Below, one piece after another: positions 17,603 through 26,001 of a stretch of DNA of 32,000 nt; within the stretch, counting starts at the first letter, position 1, and the number at the start of each line of letters is the position of its first letter. The DNA comes from Halogeometricum borinquense DSM 11551. GTDB lineage: Archaea > Halobacteriota > Halobacteria > Halobacteriales > Haloferacaceae. The translations under genes were made by a program, and so were the position numbers. The notes beneath the pieces were generated by a model that did no database searches, had not been told where the DNA came from, and saw only the letters and a program-made list of their open reading frames with translations. The stretch spans positions 1,140,001 through 1,172,000 of the forward strand of contig NC_014729.1 of NCBI RefSeq assembly GCF_000172995.2, in the 5' to 3' direction.

Positions 17603-17796
17603 TATTGGTATGGTGCCACTACGTCCACAAGGTCCTTGTGCGAGACCATCATGCGCCGGCAGCAGTGACGCTCCACGCCGAGTTCGTCGAGAACCTTGGC
17701 GGGGTTTTCGTCACCTTCGCGGGCGCGTGCTTTGAACTCGTCCCAGTGTTCGCCGACGACGTTGCCGCACGTGAAACACCGGACGGGAATCATCAT
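17602..17796 (-). CDS. rpoN: DNA-directed RNA polymerase subunit N (Rpo10)
   Basis: [15 protein letters not shown]...[17 protein letters not shown], the zinc-binding Rpo10 signature. Confidence 0.95.
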   Translation of the reverse strand: MMIPVRCFTCGNVVGEHWDEFKARAREGDENPAKVLDELGVERHCCRRMMVSHKDLVDVVAPYQ

Positions 17797-17808
17797 GGGT
17801 GGATCACC

Positions 17809-18207
17809 TCAGCGGTAGGACTTCTGGTAGCGTGCTCGTGCGCCCGGTCCGCCCCACTTCTTGGACTCGGACTGGCGAACGTCGTTGACGAGCAACGAAC
17901 GGTCGAAGTCCATGTAGGCGTCTCGGAGTTCGGCGTCGTTGAGATATTGCACCAGCCCACGCGCGATGGCAGTTCGCACTGCATCTGCCTGACCGGCGAA
18001 GCCGCCGCCGGAGACGCTGACGTCGATATCGACCTGTGAACGGAGGTCCTCGCCAGCGATGCGGAACGGTTCCAGCATCTTCAGGCGGGCCATCTCCGGT
18101 TCGGTCAGTTCGACCGGGCGGGAGTTGATACGGACGCGACCCTCACCCTCGCGCACGGTTGCGCGAGCGATGGCGGTCTTCTTCTTTCCTGACGTGTTCG
18201 TTACCAT
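17809..18207 (-). CDS. rps9: 30S ribosomal protein S9 (uS9)
   Basis: 132 aa with C-terminal [14 protein letters not shown]. 7-nt overlap with the rpl13 stop. Confidence 0.95.
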   Translation of the reverse strand: MVTNTSGKKKTAIARATVREGEGRVRINSRPVELTEPEMARLKMLEPFRIAGEDLRSQVDIDVSVSGGGFAGQADAVRTAIARGLVQYLNDAELRDAYMDFDRSLLVNDVRQSESKKWGGPGARARYQKSYR

Positions 18208-18638
18208 GTGACGTTAGCACCCAGTTTCTCGGAAACCTCTCCGAGTGCGATGAACTTGATGTTCGACAGGCGGTCCAGCGAGGTGTCGTCGAGAACGTCG
18301 CCGTCCTCGTCGAACGGGTTGCCGACGTAGACGCGGACGTTCGAGAGTGCCTCGCGGCCCTTGTCGGTCTTGTACGGGACCATCCCGCGCACGGCGCGCT
18401 TGAAGATACGGTCCGGACGCTTGGGGTAGTACGGTCCCTGGTCCGAACCCACTTCGACGCGCTTGCGGTAGACGCCCATCACGTCGTCTTCGGATCCCGT
18501 GATGACTGCGTCTTCGGCGTTTACGATGGCGACCTTCTCGCCGGCGAGCGCCTTCTGGGCGACTTCGCTGGCGACACGGCCAAGGATACAGTTTCGCGCG
18601 TCAACGACAACGTCTGCGTCGAACTCGGCGAGGCTCAT
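18201..18638 (-). CDS. rpl13: 50S ribosomal protein L13 (uL13)
   Basis: ATG at 18638 (verified). [27 protein letters not shown]...[21 protein letters not shown]. The track's 235-aa form adds an Arg-rich non-homologous N-terminus that overlaps rpl18e. Confidence 0.95.
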   Translation of the reverse strand: MSLAEFDADVVVDARNCILGRVASEVAQKALAGEKVAIVNAEDAVITGSEDDVMGVYRKRVEVGSDQGPYYPKRPDRIFKRAVRGMVPYKTDKGREALSNVRVYVGNPFDEDGDVLDDTSLDRLSNIKFIALGEVSEKLGANVTW

Positions 18639-18985
18639 CGAATCACCCGTACATCGGACCCGTCGGGGTTCTGTTCTGCGATCTGTTCGAGGGTCACCGT
18701 GTCTCCGACCTGTTCTATCTTCTTGCGAGCGGACGACGAGAAGTCGACCGCTGCGACGGTAACGTTCTTTTCCAGCACACCGCTGCCCAGCACCTTGCCG
18801 GGGACGATAACGGTCTCGTCTTCCTTGGCGTACCGTTCGATACGACCGAGGTTGACCTCTGCGTGGGTGCGCCGGGGCTTTTCGAGACGGTCCGCGACGT
18901 CCTGCCACACGTTGGCGCCAGACTCACGAGAAACCGCCTTCAGCTCGGCGATGAGACTGTTGAGTCTCGGGTTAGTCTTACTCAT
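18635..18985 (-). CDS. rpl18e: 50S ribosomal protein L18e (eL18)
   Basis: [27 protein letters not shown]...[12 protein letters not shown] overlap with the rpl13 start. Confidence 0.9.
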   Translation of the reverse strand: MSKTNPRLNSLIAELKAVSRESGANVWQDVADRLEKPRRTHAEVNLGRIERYAKEDETVIVPGKVLGSGVLEKNVTVAAVDFSSSARKKIEQVGDTVTLEQIAEQNPDGSDVRVIR

Positions 18986-19012
18986 TGTCTACCTCCTTCT
19001 GAGAAAACGGAG

Positions 19013-19097
19013 TGCAGGGAGCAGGATTTGAACCTGCGGACCCCTATGGGACAGCGCCCTGAACGCTGCGCCGTTGGCCAGACTTGGCTATCCCTGC
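19013..19097 (-). tRNA. tRNA-Leu (anticodon CAG), class II with long variable arm
   Basis: Reverse complement folds by hand: GCAGGGA/TCCCTGC acceptor, CAGCG-TTCAGGG-CGCTG anticodon arm, GCAGG-TTCAAAT-CCTGC T-arm, discriminator A. CCA is not encoded. Confidence 0.9.
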
Positions 19098-19138
19098 TCG
19101 CACTCCGACGTACTGCGTGCCCCTTCAAACCAGTTTCG

Positions 19139-19251
19139 ATTCGACGGCCGATAGGCTCGCCGGCGCTCGGGCGCGAGACGCTCGCGGACGCGGCCGTCAG
19201 GGCGGCTACGGGCGAGGCGCTCGCTTCGCGGGCGGCGAACGGTCGTCGAAT
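19139..19251. other. GC-rich structured spacer: 12-bp long-range stem enclosing two near-identical short hairpins
   Basis: attcgacggccg (19139-19150) pairs with cggtcgtcgaat (19240-19251). Inside are CGCGAG-ACG-CTCGCG (19172-19186) and GCGAG-GCG-CTCGC (19212-19224). There is no credible ORF. Confidence 0.3.
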
Positions 19252-19273
19252 GGTGGAAGGGACAGTCATTATT

Positions 19274-20056
19274 CTATATCGCTACTTTCTCTTCGAGTTC
19301 GGCCGCGCGGTCAGAGATACTCTCGACTGCGCGACGGACCAGTTCCGGGACGGTGAACGACCCGTCCGTCTCCACGTGGAAGACGAACGCGCCGGGCACG
19401 TCGTGTACCTCGACTTCCTTGCCGGGGTATCGCTTCGTGAGGTCGTTGTCGAACTCTGACGTGGGGACGAGTTCGCCGTCTTCGGCGCTCTCGTCGGCGG
19501 CGTGTTCGGCCGCCTGCTCTTCGATGACCCCTCGGAGAATGTTCGGTTCCTGCTCTTCGAACTCGTTGGCGTCACCAACGACCTCCACGCGGTGGAGATG
19601 TCGGTAGCCGACAGCCACACCACCTTGGTGCTTCGCGTGGGACTTCCCGTCACCGAGGACGGCGTCAGCCTCAAGTTCGAGGCGTTGGCCCTGCTTCAGT
19701 TCGATGATGGGCACGTTGTCCTCTGCGGGTTTGACGAGTTCGTCAGACGTCTCGATATCTCCGGAGTAGGCTGTTGCCGGACCTTCCACGTCGAGTGCAA
19801 GTGTCACGGTGTCGCCCTGCTCGAAGTCGTCGAGCGGCGTCGTGAGCGGAACGAGGCCGAGGCGGAGACCGATCATCTCGTCGAACATCACCGACGAGTT
19901 CTCGACGAACCGTACGGTGTCGATACTGAACGTCGGCACGTCAGCGATCATCGCTCGCCGGATGCCGTTGGCGACTGCCGGGGTCATCCCGCGAACGAGG
20001 AAGCGAGCCTTTCGGTCGTCGCGTTCGATGAACTCGACCTCGAAATCTTCTGCCAT
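19274..20056 (-). CDS. rpoD: DNA-directed RNA polymerase subunit D (Rpo3)
   Basis: [57 protein letters not shown]..., the Rpo3/RpoD N-terminal dimerisation-domain signature. Confidence 0.92.
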   Translation of the reverse strand: MAEDFEVEFIERDDRKARFLVRGMTPAVANGIRRAMIADVPTFSIDTVRFVENSSVMFDEMIGLRLGLVPLTTPLDDFEQGDTVTLALDVEGPATAYSGDIETSDELVKPAEDNVPIIELKQGQRLELEADAVLGDGKSHAKHQGGVAVGYRHLHRVEVVGDANEFEEQEPNILRGVIEEQAAEHAADESAEDGELVPTSEFDNDLTKRYPGKEVEVHDVPGAFVFHVETDGSFTVPELVRRAVESISDRAAELEEKVAI

Positions 20057-20065
20057 GGGTCTATG

Positions 20066-20461
20066 TTAGAGTCGGCTGTTTTTCGGCGCGCGAGTACCGT
20101 CGTGCGGAATCGGCGTGACGTCCTCGATACGGCCGATTTCGAGACCGGCACGGGCGAGGGCACGAATCGTTGCCTGTGCGCCGGGGCCGGGGCTCTTGTT
20201 GAGGTTGCCGCCGGGGCCGCGCACGCGAACGTGCAGGCCCTCGATGCCGGCCGCTTTGACTTCCTCTGCGACCTTCTCGGCCATCTGCATGGCCGCGTAT
20301 GGCGACGCCTCGTCGCGGTTCTGCTTCACCACGGCACCACCGGACGACTTGGCGATGGTTTCAGCGCCAGTCTGATCGGTGATGGTGATGAGCGTGTTGT
20401 TGAACGATGCGTGTACGTGGGCGATGCCCCACTTTGCGCCGGAGTTCTCGGATTCGCTCAT
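20066..20461 (-). CDS. rps11: 30S ribosomal protein S11 (uS11)
   Basis: [19 protein letters not shown]...[31 protein letters not shown]. Confidence 0.95.
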   Translation of the reverse strand: MSESENSGAKWGIAHVHASFNNTLITITDQTGAETIAKSSGGAVVKQNRDEASPYAAMQMAEKVAEEVKAAGIEGLHVRVRGPGGNLNKSPGPGAQATIRALARAGLEIGRIEDVTPIPHDGTRAPKNSRL

Positions 20462-20464
20462 TGG

Positions 20465-20992
20465 TTACTCCTGACCCTCTGCTCGCTCGGGGTGTAGTTC
20501 GTCCGAGAGCGGACTGCCTTCGTCGAATTCGACGAGGCCCTCCTCGGAGACTTCGACCATCTTCGACGGACGCGTGACGCGGGCACCGTCAACGACCACG
20601 TGGCCGTGAACGATGAACTGCCGCGACTGGTCCGGCGTGTGACCGAGGCCTTTGCGGTAGGCGACGGTCTGCAGACGACGTTCGAGGATGTCGGTCACGT
20701 CGAGACCGAGGACCTCGCTGATGTTGTCGTCTTCAGAGAGAATGCCGTAGCGGCGGAGACGGTCGAGGAACTCGACGCCGAGTTCCTCGGCCTGCTCCAT
20801 GTCACCCTGCGCTTCACCGATGAGGCGTCGGGCCTCACGGCGGTAGTTACGCAGTTCGGACTGGGCACGCCAGAGTTCCTCTTTGTTCTTCAGACCGTAG
20901 CGCCCGAGGAGGTCGGCCTCCTGTGCGATGCGCTCGCCCTGGAACGGATGATTCGGCGTCTCGTAGAATTTGGTGTTCTTACCGGTCGCCAT
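20465..20992 (-). CDS. rps4: 30S ribosomal protein S4 (uS4)
   Basis: KFYETPNHPFQGERIAQE...LERRLQTVAYRKGL...QFIVHGHVVVDG (S4 domain). Confidence 0.95.
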   Translation of the reverse strand: MATGKNTKFYETPNHPFQGERIAQEADLLGRYGLKNKEELWRAQSELRNYRREARRLIGEAQGDMEQAEELGVEFLDRLRRYGILSEDDNISEVLGLDVTDILERRLQTVAYRKGLGHTPDQSRQFIVHGHVVVDGARVTRPSKMVEVSEEGLVEFDEGSPLSDELHPERAEGQE

Positions 20993-21510
20993 TATTCTTC
21001 ACCGCCCTCTTCGGCGGCCTGTTCTTCTTTGATGGCTTCGACGTTCACGCCGATGGTCCCCTCCGTACGTCCGGTGGACTTCGTGCGCTGACCGCGCACC
21101 TTCTGTCCGCGCTTGTGGCGGACGCCCTTGTAGGAGTTGATCATCTTCATGCGGTTAATGTCGTGGCGGCGCTTCTGTTCGAGGTCCGAGCCGGTCTTGT
21201 GGGTGGTCTCGCCGGTGTAAAAGTCATCGCGGCGGTTGATCATCCACTCGGGGGCGTGGTCGTTGAAGTTCTCGACAACATCGACAACGGCGTCGATGTC
21301 ATCTTGGTCGAGAAGCCCGAACGTCTCCGTTCGGTCCACACCCGCGGCGTCGGCGACGATGCGCGCCGTGCGCTTGCCGATACCTTTCATGTCGGAGAGA
21401 CTCCGCTCTACCGTCTTCGTCCCGTCAAGGTCGGTCTGACCGATCCGGACGAAGTACTGGAGGTCTTCCTCCTCCTCGGGAGCGTCGTCTTGTGGTTCTT
21501 CTGCACTCAT
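20992..21510 (-). CDS. rps13: 30S ribosomal protein S13 (uS13)
   Basis: VRIGQTDLDGTKTVERSLSDMKGIGKRTARIV...YKGVRHKRGQKVRGQRTKSTGR. TAATG overlap with rps4. Confidence 0.95.
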   Translation of the reverse strand: MSAEEPQDDAPEEEEDLQYFVRIGQTDLDGTKTVERSLSDMKGIGKRTARIVADAAGVDRTETFGLLDQDDIDAVVDVVENFNDHAPEWMINRRDDFYTGETTHKTGSDLEQKRRHDINRMKMINSYKGVRHKRGQKVRGQRTKSTGRTEGTIGVNVEAIKEEQAAEEGGEE

Positions 21511-21529
21511 GACTGGAAAGTCGGGTGAG

Positions 21530-21614
21530 CGTTGCGGCGGGGATTCGAACCCCGGAGGCGTGGTGCCACTGAGTTAGCAACCCAGCGCCTTGGGCCAGGC
21601 TTGGCTACCGCAAC
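21530..21614 (-). tRNA. tRNA-Ser (anticodon GCU), class II
   Basis: Reverse complement: GTTGCGG/CCGCAAC acceptor, CTGGG-TTGCTAA-CTCAG anticodon arm, long variable arm, CGGGG-TTCGAAT-CCCCG T-arm, discriminator G. It lies 19 nt upstream of rps13 on the same strand. Confidence 0.9.
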
Positions 21615-21870
21615 ACACAATTTGGTTACTGTCGCCCTTCCGGACTCGGGACCGATGCCCCTACAGCGTATTGCAATCGGAACAAAACGTGGCCTCTACT
21701 TAAGCATCACGATAGGGTGTGCGGATGAGATCGGGACACACGCGAGCCTGAAAGACGGCCTGAGAGCGTTGAATGGAACCGAACAGTGGTCTCGGATATC
21801 CAACAGCGCAGCCGATTCGATAAGTTATAACGTGACAGGTGTGTGCCGGGTTAGACCATCCGCCGAACGG

Positions 21871-21877
21871 CTATATC
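21871..21877 (+). promoter_or_regulatory. TATA-like box (CTATATC) for the thioredoxin gene, leaderless geometry
   Basis: Centred about 26 nt upstream of the ATG at 21900. Confidence 0.4.
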
Positions 21878-21899
21878 CACCGAGAGACAACGGCCAGTT

Positions 21900-22262
21900 A
21901 TGACTGCGGAGGCTCCGACTACCGGCACGCCCAGTAGACCCCTCTCCATCGAGTCGGAGGCGGAACTCGACGAACTGATCGCCGAAAACGACCTCGTGCT
22001 GATCGACTTCTACACGAAGGGATGTACGCTCTGTCAGAGTATCGAACCCGTCCTCGGAAACGTCGCTCGCGCGCACGACAATTTGACTGTTGCTCTTTGC
22101 AATCCGCGTGAGGACCCGCCACTCATCGAGCGATTCAACATCCAAAGCGTGCCGACGCTCGTTCTGTTCGAGGACGGTGAGCGCGCCGGAAGGCTCGCAG
22201 ACGGATTCCAAGGCGGTGCGGCCATCGACGACTTTCTCGCCGAGTCGCGATCAGATACGTAA
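21900..22262 (+). CDS. Thioredoxin-fold protein with non-canonical CTLC active site
   Basis: 120 aa. LVLIDFYTKGCTLCQSIEPVL...SVPTLVLFEDGE has thioredoxin topology, including the cis-Pro (VPT) region. The CxxC is at 22023-22034. Confidence 0.75.
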   Translation: MTAEAPTTGTPSRPLSIESEAELDELIAENDLVLIDFYTKGCTLCQSIEPVLGNVARAHDNLTVALCNPREDPPLIERFNIQSVPTLVLFEDGERAGRLADGFQGGAAIDDFLAESRSDT

Positions 22263-22299
22263 TACTCGAAGGGGGAACGGACGAGTCGGTCGGCCGTTA

Positions 22300-23259
22300 T
22301 CAGGCCCCGATGTACTTCTCGTTGATAACCCACTCGTCGTCTTCGTCCTGCACGAGGTACTCACCGTAGTAGGGGACGCGGTTCGCCACCGTCTCGCGGT
22401 ACGCCTCTCGAATCTCCCCGCGGGTCATCTGGCCCATCGGTCGTAAGTCGTCGTTTCGGTTGAGACAGCCTTTGAGATACCCCTCGTGCGTAACGCGCAC
22501 GCGATGGCAGTTTGCACAGAAGTCCTCGTTCTCCACGGGATCTACGATTTCGACCATCCCTTGGCCGACGTAGTAGCGGCGGCGGTGGTGCATCTCGCGC
22601 ATCTCTACTCGATCCGCCTTCCCTTCGAGCCAATCGTGGACGCGTTGGATGTCGATGTTCCATTCGGGGCGACCCGTCAGTTCGGGCATGTACTCGATAA
22701 GTTGGAGTTGCAGGCCGGGATTCTCGGCGACGTGATCGACCATCTCCTCGACGTACCCCGCGGTGTGTTCGAAGACGACCATGTTGAGTTTCACCGGGTC
22801 GAGTCCGGCGTCGAGGGCTGCTTGGACTCCCTCCAGCACGTTGTCGTACGCGCCGGACTTCGTGATCTCCGCGAACGCTTCGGGGTCTAACGCATCTTGA
22901 GAGACGTTCACCCGAGAGAGACCGGCCTCTTTCAGGTCTTCCGCGCGTCCGGGAAGGAAGGTTCCGTTCGTCGTCAGCGAACTCTCCATCGACTCGGGTG
23001 TGCGGCGGATAATCTCCGCTAAATCTTGGCGGAGCATCGGTTCACCACCGGTGAACTTCACCTTCTCGACGCCAAACTCCTCAACGACTTCGAGGAAGCG
23101 AACGACATCGTCGGTAGACATCTCGTCGTCCGACGGTTCCATCGGACCGCGCGTGTCGCCGAGTCCCTCGTTGTGGCAGTAGACGCAGTCGAAGTTACAC
23201 CGGTCGGTGAGAGAGATGCGGACGCCGCTCACTTCGCGTCCGAAGTCGTCCACGAGCAT
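22300..23259 (-). CDS. moaA: GTP 3',8-cyclase MoaA (radical SAM, molybdenum cofactor biosynthesis)
   Basis: ATG at 23259 (verified). [32 protein letters not shown] (CX3CX2C), GGEPMLR, and a C-terminal auxiliary cluster [19 protein letters not shown]. Confidence 0.9.
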   Translation of the reverse strand: MLVDDFGREVSGVRISLTDRCNFDCVYCHNEGLGDTRGPMEPSDDEMSTDDVVRFLEVVEEFGVEKVKFTGGEPMLRQDLAEIIRRTPESMESSLTTNGTFLPGRAEDLKEAGLSRVNVSQDALDPEAFAEITKSGAYDNVLEGVQAALDAGLDPVKLNMVVFEHTAGYVEEMVDHVAENPGLQLQLIEYMPELTGRPEWNIDIQRVHDWLEGKADRVEMREMHHRRRYYVGQGMVEIVDPVENEDFCANCHRVRVTHEGYLKGCLNRNDDLRPMGQMTRGEIREAYRETVANRVPYYGEYLVQDEDDEWVINEKYIGA

Positions 23260-23449
23260 GTATCGAATCTGGCATTCGACGCTGATAAATTCGCGGTCAG
23301 TTCGGCACGAGTCGTAACGTGTGAGGGTTACGTTCGGCAGGGATTCGGATTGGTACCGGTTACAACTCCTGCAATGTGAGACGGTCACCGCATCGTTCCA
23401 CGCGCGATAGTTGACAACCCTTATCGGCCGTCCTCACGGAGTCTGTGAC

Positions 23450-24511
23450 ATGAACGACGAAGCGGTACGCGACCGGCTCCGGGCGGTCGAGGACCCGGAC
23501 CTCGGCGACGACATTGTCTCGGCGGGGCTTGTCAACGCTATCGAGGTTGCGTCCGACGACGCGGACGACGGTTCGGGCGTCGTTCGCATCTCGCTTGCAC
23601 TCGGTGCGCCGTATTCGCCGCACGAGACTGATATCGCCGCGCAAGTGCGCGAACAGTTCAGCGACACCGACTACGAAGTAGATCTCACGGCGAAGATTCC
23701 ATCCGATCTCTCCGCAGACGAGGACGTGCTACCGGGCGTGAAGAACATCATCGCCGTCGCGTCCGGAAAGGGTGGTGTCGGCAAGTCCACTGTCGCGGTG
23801 AACCTTGCGGCGGGACTGTCGAAGCTCGGTGCGCGCGTCGGCCTGTTCGACGCTGACATCTACGGCCCGAACGTCCCGCGCATGGTCGCGGCCGACGAAG
23901 CACCGCAAGCGACTGGCGATCAGACCATTGTTCCGCCGGAGAAGTACGGCATGAAGCTCATGTCGATGGCCTTTCTCGTCGGCGAGGACGACCCGGTCAT
24001 CTGGCGCGGTCCGATGGTTCACCAACTCCTGACGCAGTTAGTCGAAGACGTGCAGTGGGGCGAACTCGACTACATGATTCTGGACCTCCCACCGGGGACG
24101 GGTGACACGCAGTTGACTGTCCTCCAGACGCTCCCACTCACAGGCGCGGTCATCGTGACGACGCCGCAGGACGTGGCTATCGACGACGCTCGCAAGGGCC
24201 TCCAGATGTTCGGCAAGCACGACACGAACGTCCTCGGCATCGTCGAGAACATGTCGTCGTTCCGGTGTCCCGACTGCGGGTCAAGCCACGACATCTTCGG
24301 CGCAGGTGGTGGCGAGGCGTTCGCCGCGGAGAACGACATGCCGTTCCTCGGTGCGATTCCGCTGGACCCCGATGTCCGAACCGGTGGCGACGGCGGCCGG
24401 CCGGTGGTTCTCGAAGACGAAGGCGAGACGGCAGAGGCGTTCCGACGGATGACCGAGAGTGTCGCTGATATGGCTGGCGTCGTCCGGCGACGCGAGGTTT
24501 CGGAGCGATGA
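23450..24511 (+). CDS. mrp: Mrp/NBP35/ApbC-family Fe-S cluster carrier ATPase
   Basis: ATG at 23450. N-terminal DUF59-like region (VRDRLRAVEDPDLGDDIVSAGLV), deviant Walker A VASGKGGVGKST, and the cluster-bridging CPDCG motif. Confidence 0.9.
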   Translation: MNDEAVRDRLRAVEDPDLGDDIVSAGLVNAIEVASDDADDGSGVVRISLALGAPYSPHETDIAAQVREQFSDTDYEVDLTAKIPSDLSADEDVLPGVKNIIAVASGKGGVGKSTVAVNLAAGLSKLGARVGLFDADIYGPNVPRMVAADEAPQATGDQTIVPPEKYGMKLMSMAFLVGEDDPVIWRGPMVHQLLTQLVEDVQWGELDYMILDLPPGTGDTQLTVLQTLPLTGAVIVTTPQDVAIDDARKGLQMFGKHDTNVLGIVENMSSFRCPDCGSSHDIFGAGGGEAFAAENDMPFLGAIPLDPDVRTGGDGGRPVVLEDEGETAEAFRRMTESVADMAGVVRRREVSER

Positions 24512-24798
24512 GCGAGGACGAGGAACTACCCGAGGAGTTGCAGGAGGACGAACCCGATTGGGAGATGGCTCCTGACTCCGACGCCGAGTTCGAACCGGAC
24601 GCGGAGCGACGAGAGTTCCTTCGTGGGATAGCCGAAGACGTATACGGCGACTCGTCCGAAAGCAAACAGCTTTCGGCCATCCTCTATCGCGTGAGCGACC
24701 TGTACGATCCGGACGAGGACACGTCACCCGAGGAGATCTACCTCAACGTCAGGCACATCATGGATATCAAGGCGAAAGGCGGTCTGCGGAAAGACTGA
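24508..24798 (+). CDS. Small very acidic hypothetical protein, ATGA-coupled to mrp
   Basis: 96 aa. MSEDEELPEELQEDEPDWEM...LYDPDEDTSPEEIYLNVRHIMDIKAKGG. Halophile-like composition and a 4-nt overlap with the mrp stop. Confidence 0.55.
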   Translation: MSEDEELPEELQEDEPDWEMAPDSDAEFEPDAERREFLRGIAEDVYGDSSESKQLSAILYRVSDLYDPDEDTSPEEIYLNVRHIMDIKAKGGLRKD

Positions 24799-24997
24799 GT
24801 CTGGCTTTACTTTCACCAGCGCAGTTCGACTGAAATCTCTCTCGGTGGTTTCTCCCGGCCCTGTCCAACCCGTATTCGCCCGACTGCAAGGAGTTTCACT
24901 TTCACCGTGCACCGACCACTTGTTTTGAGTTTTCGACGAACCGAACGGTACGCACAGTATTCGACCGACTCACCGCAAATGGCGGCTACTTTTCACC
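24783..24997. repeat. Degenerate ~88-90-nt tandem repeat (about 2.5 units) in a long intergenic spacer
   Basis: Core ACTTT(T)CACC occurs at 24809, 24898 and 24988. A second conserved block, GTATTCGNCCGACT, occurs at 24872 and 24957, and a weaker GACTG...TTTAC lies ahead of the first core. Confidence 0.5.
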
Positions 24998-25017
24998 GTT
25001 GCGGCCGATGAGCGAAC

Positions 25018-25653
25018 GTGGACGCCGAACAAGATTCACTCCGGAACCCGTTCAATATGGACCTCGACTGTGAGAACTGTTCAGGTCTCTGTGACGTTCG
25101 TGAGAACGTCGTTCACGGGTACGGCGACGTGGGCGGGGAGTTTCTGTTCATCGGAGAACAGCCGAGAGGTGGCGCAGACGAGACTGGGGTTCCGTTCACG
25201 GGCGACCCCGCGGGCGAACGACTCCAGCGAATCCTCGGTGATCTCGGGTTCTCCCGGTCGCGCCCCGACAGCGACGAACCGGACCTCCAGAACGTCTTTC
25301 TTACCTATCTCACACGCTGTCGGCATCCGGAACGGCGGCCGGACGAAGAGGAGATACTGACCTGCGAACCGTATCTCAACGCCGAGGTACGGATGATAAA
25401 CCCCGAAATACTCGTCCCCATCGGCCAGCGAACGCTTGAATCGCTCGCTATCGACTACACGACGCGCGCGCCGGACAGTTTCGACATCGAGGAAGCGCAC
25501 GCGACGACGATTCGCGGGCGTGGCTTCGAACTCGTCCCGATGCTGGACCTGGACGAACAGACCGACGAGGACGCGGACGCATTCGTCGAACACGTCACGG
25601 AGTCGGTGTTTTCGCGGGACTACCGGCAGACAAAAGGCCGTCGTAGTCGCTAA
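25018..25653 (+). CDS. Uracil-DNA glycosylase superfamily protein (family 4-like, Cys-rich N-terminus)
   Basis: CENCSGLC...FLFIGEQPRGGADETGVPFTGDPAGERLQRIL corresponds to the GE.PG...G.PF.G..G..L motif. The track start is a GTG at 25018; the ATG at 25057 (MDLDCENC) is an alternative. Confidence 0.75.
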   Translation: MDAEQDSLRNPFNMDLDCENCSGLCDVRENVVHGYGDVGGEFLFIGEQPRGGADETGVPFTGDPAGERLQRILGDLGFSRSRPDSDEPDLQNVFLTYLTRCRHPERRPDEEEILTCEPYLNAEVRMINPEILVPIGQRTLESLAIDYTTRAPDSFDIEEAHATTIRGRGFELVPMLDLDEQTDEDADAFVEHVTESVFSRDYRQTKGRRSR

Positions 25654-25675
25654 CGTCGTTGGTCAGGTCCGTAAG

Positions 25676-25909
25676 TTAGGTCTGCCAGTACGGCGTCGCC
25701 GTCTTACTCGCCATTCGCGCGCCGTAGAACACCATCCCGACGACGGCCGCGATGAGGAAGACGGCCACTAGGAGCGCCCACGACTCGGCAGCGGGGAGAA
25801 ACACCACGACAGCAGCGATACCGAGCAGTACAACAGCAACGGCACCGAGGCGACACAGTACTCGTGTGAGTCTGGAATGTGCGAGTCCGTCAGACGAGTT
25901 CGTCGGCAT
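25676..25909 (-). CDS. Small (77 aa) two-helix membrane protein, hypothetical
   Basis: ATG at 25909 (the track's TTG at 25942 is possible). Two clear hydrophobic helices (LGAVAVVLLGIAAVVVFL and ALLVAVFLIAAVVGMVFY). No homology recognised. Confidence 0.4.
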   Translation of the reverse strand: MPTNSSDGLAHSRLTRVLCRLGAVAVVLLGIAAVVVFLPAAESWALLVAVFLIAAVVGMVFYGARMASKTATPYWQT

Positions 25910-26001
25910 ACCACACGTTGGAACTGCGACCACTTGAAGCAAAGCGGAAACCCGAACGGTGAAGCGGCGAGTTGAAGGGTCACCCCGCCCGAGGTGGAGG
26001 C

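Noticed and set aside
18639-18908. N-terminal extension of the L13 ORF (235-aa form in the track)
   Set aside because: The extension is Arg/Pro-rich, has no L13 homology and lies entirely inside rpl18e in another frame. The ATG at 18638 gives a canonical 145-aa L13 with an ATGA overlap.
18982-19356. ORFs 18982-19269 (minus) and 19084-19356 (plus) spanning the rpoD/tRNA-Leu spacer
   Set aside because: They overlap the hand-folded tRNA-Leu and/or rpoD and have Arg/Ala/Gly-rich, non-halophilic composition.
21532-21903. 123-aa plus-strand ORF across tRNA-Ser(GCU) and the spacer upstream of the thioredoxin gene
   Set aside because: It begins inside the tRNA gene on the opposite strand, has basic composition and shows no recognisable motif. 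The spacer more plausibly holds the divergent promoters.
23260-23388. Cys-containing N-terminal extension of moaA ([13 protein letters not shown]...)
   Set aside because: Canonical MoaA begins about 20 residues before the CX3CX2C motif, as the ATG at 23259 does. The extension would consume the divergent promoter region shared with mrp. I cannot exclude it without homologue alignment.
24724-24912. 62-aa minus-strand ORF in the repeat-containing spacer
   Set aside because: It overlaps the 3' end of the acidic mini-protein gene, and it has no start context, no motif and a non-acidic composition. The region is better explained as a non-coding repeat.
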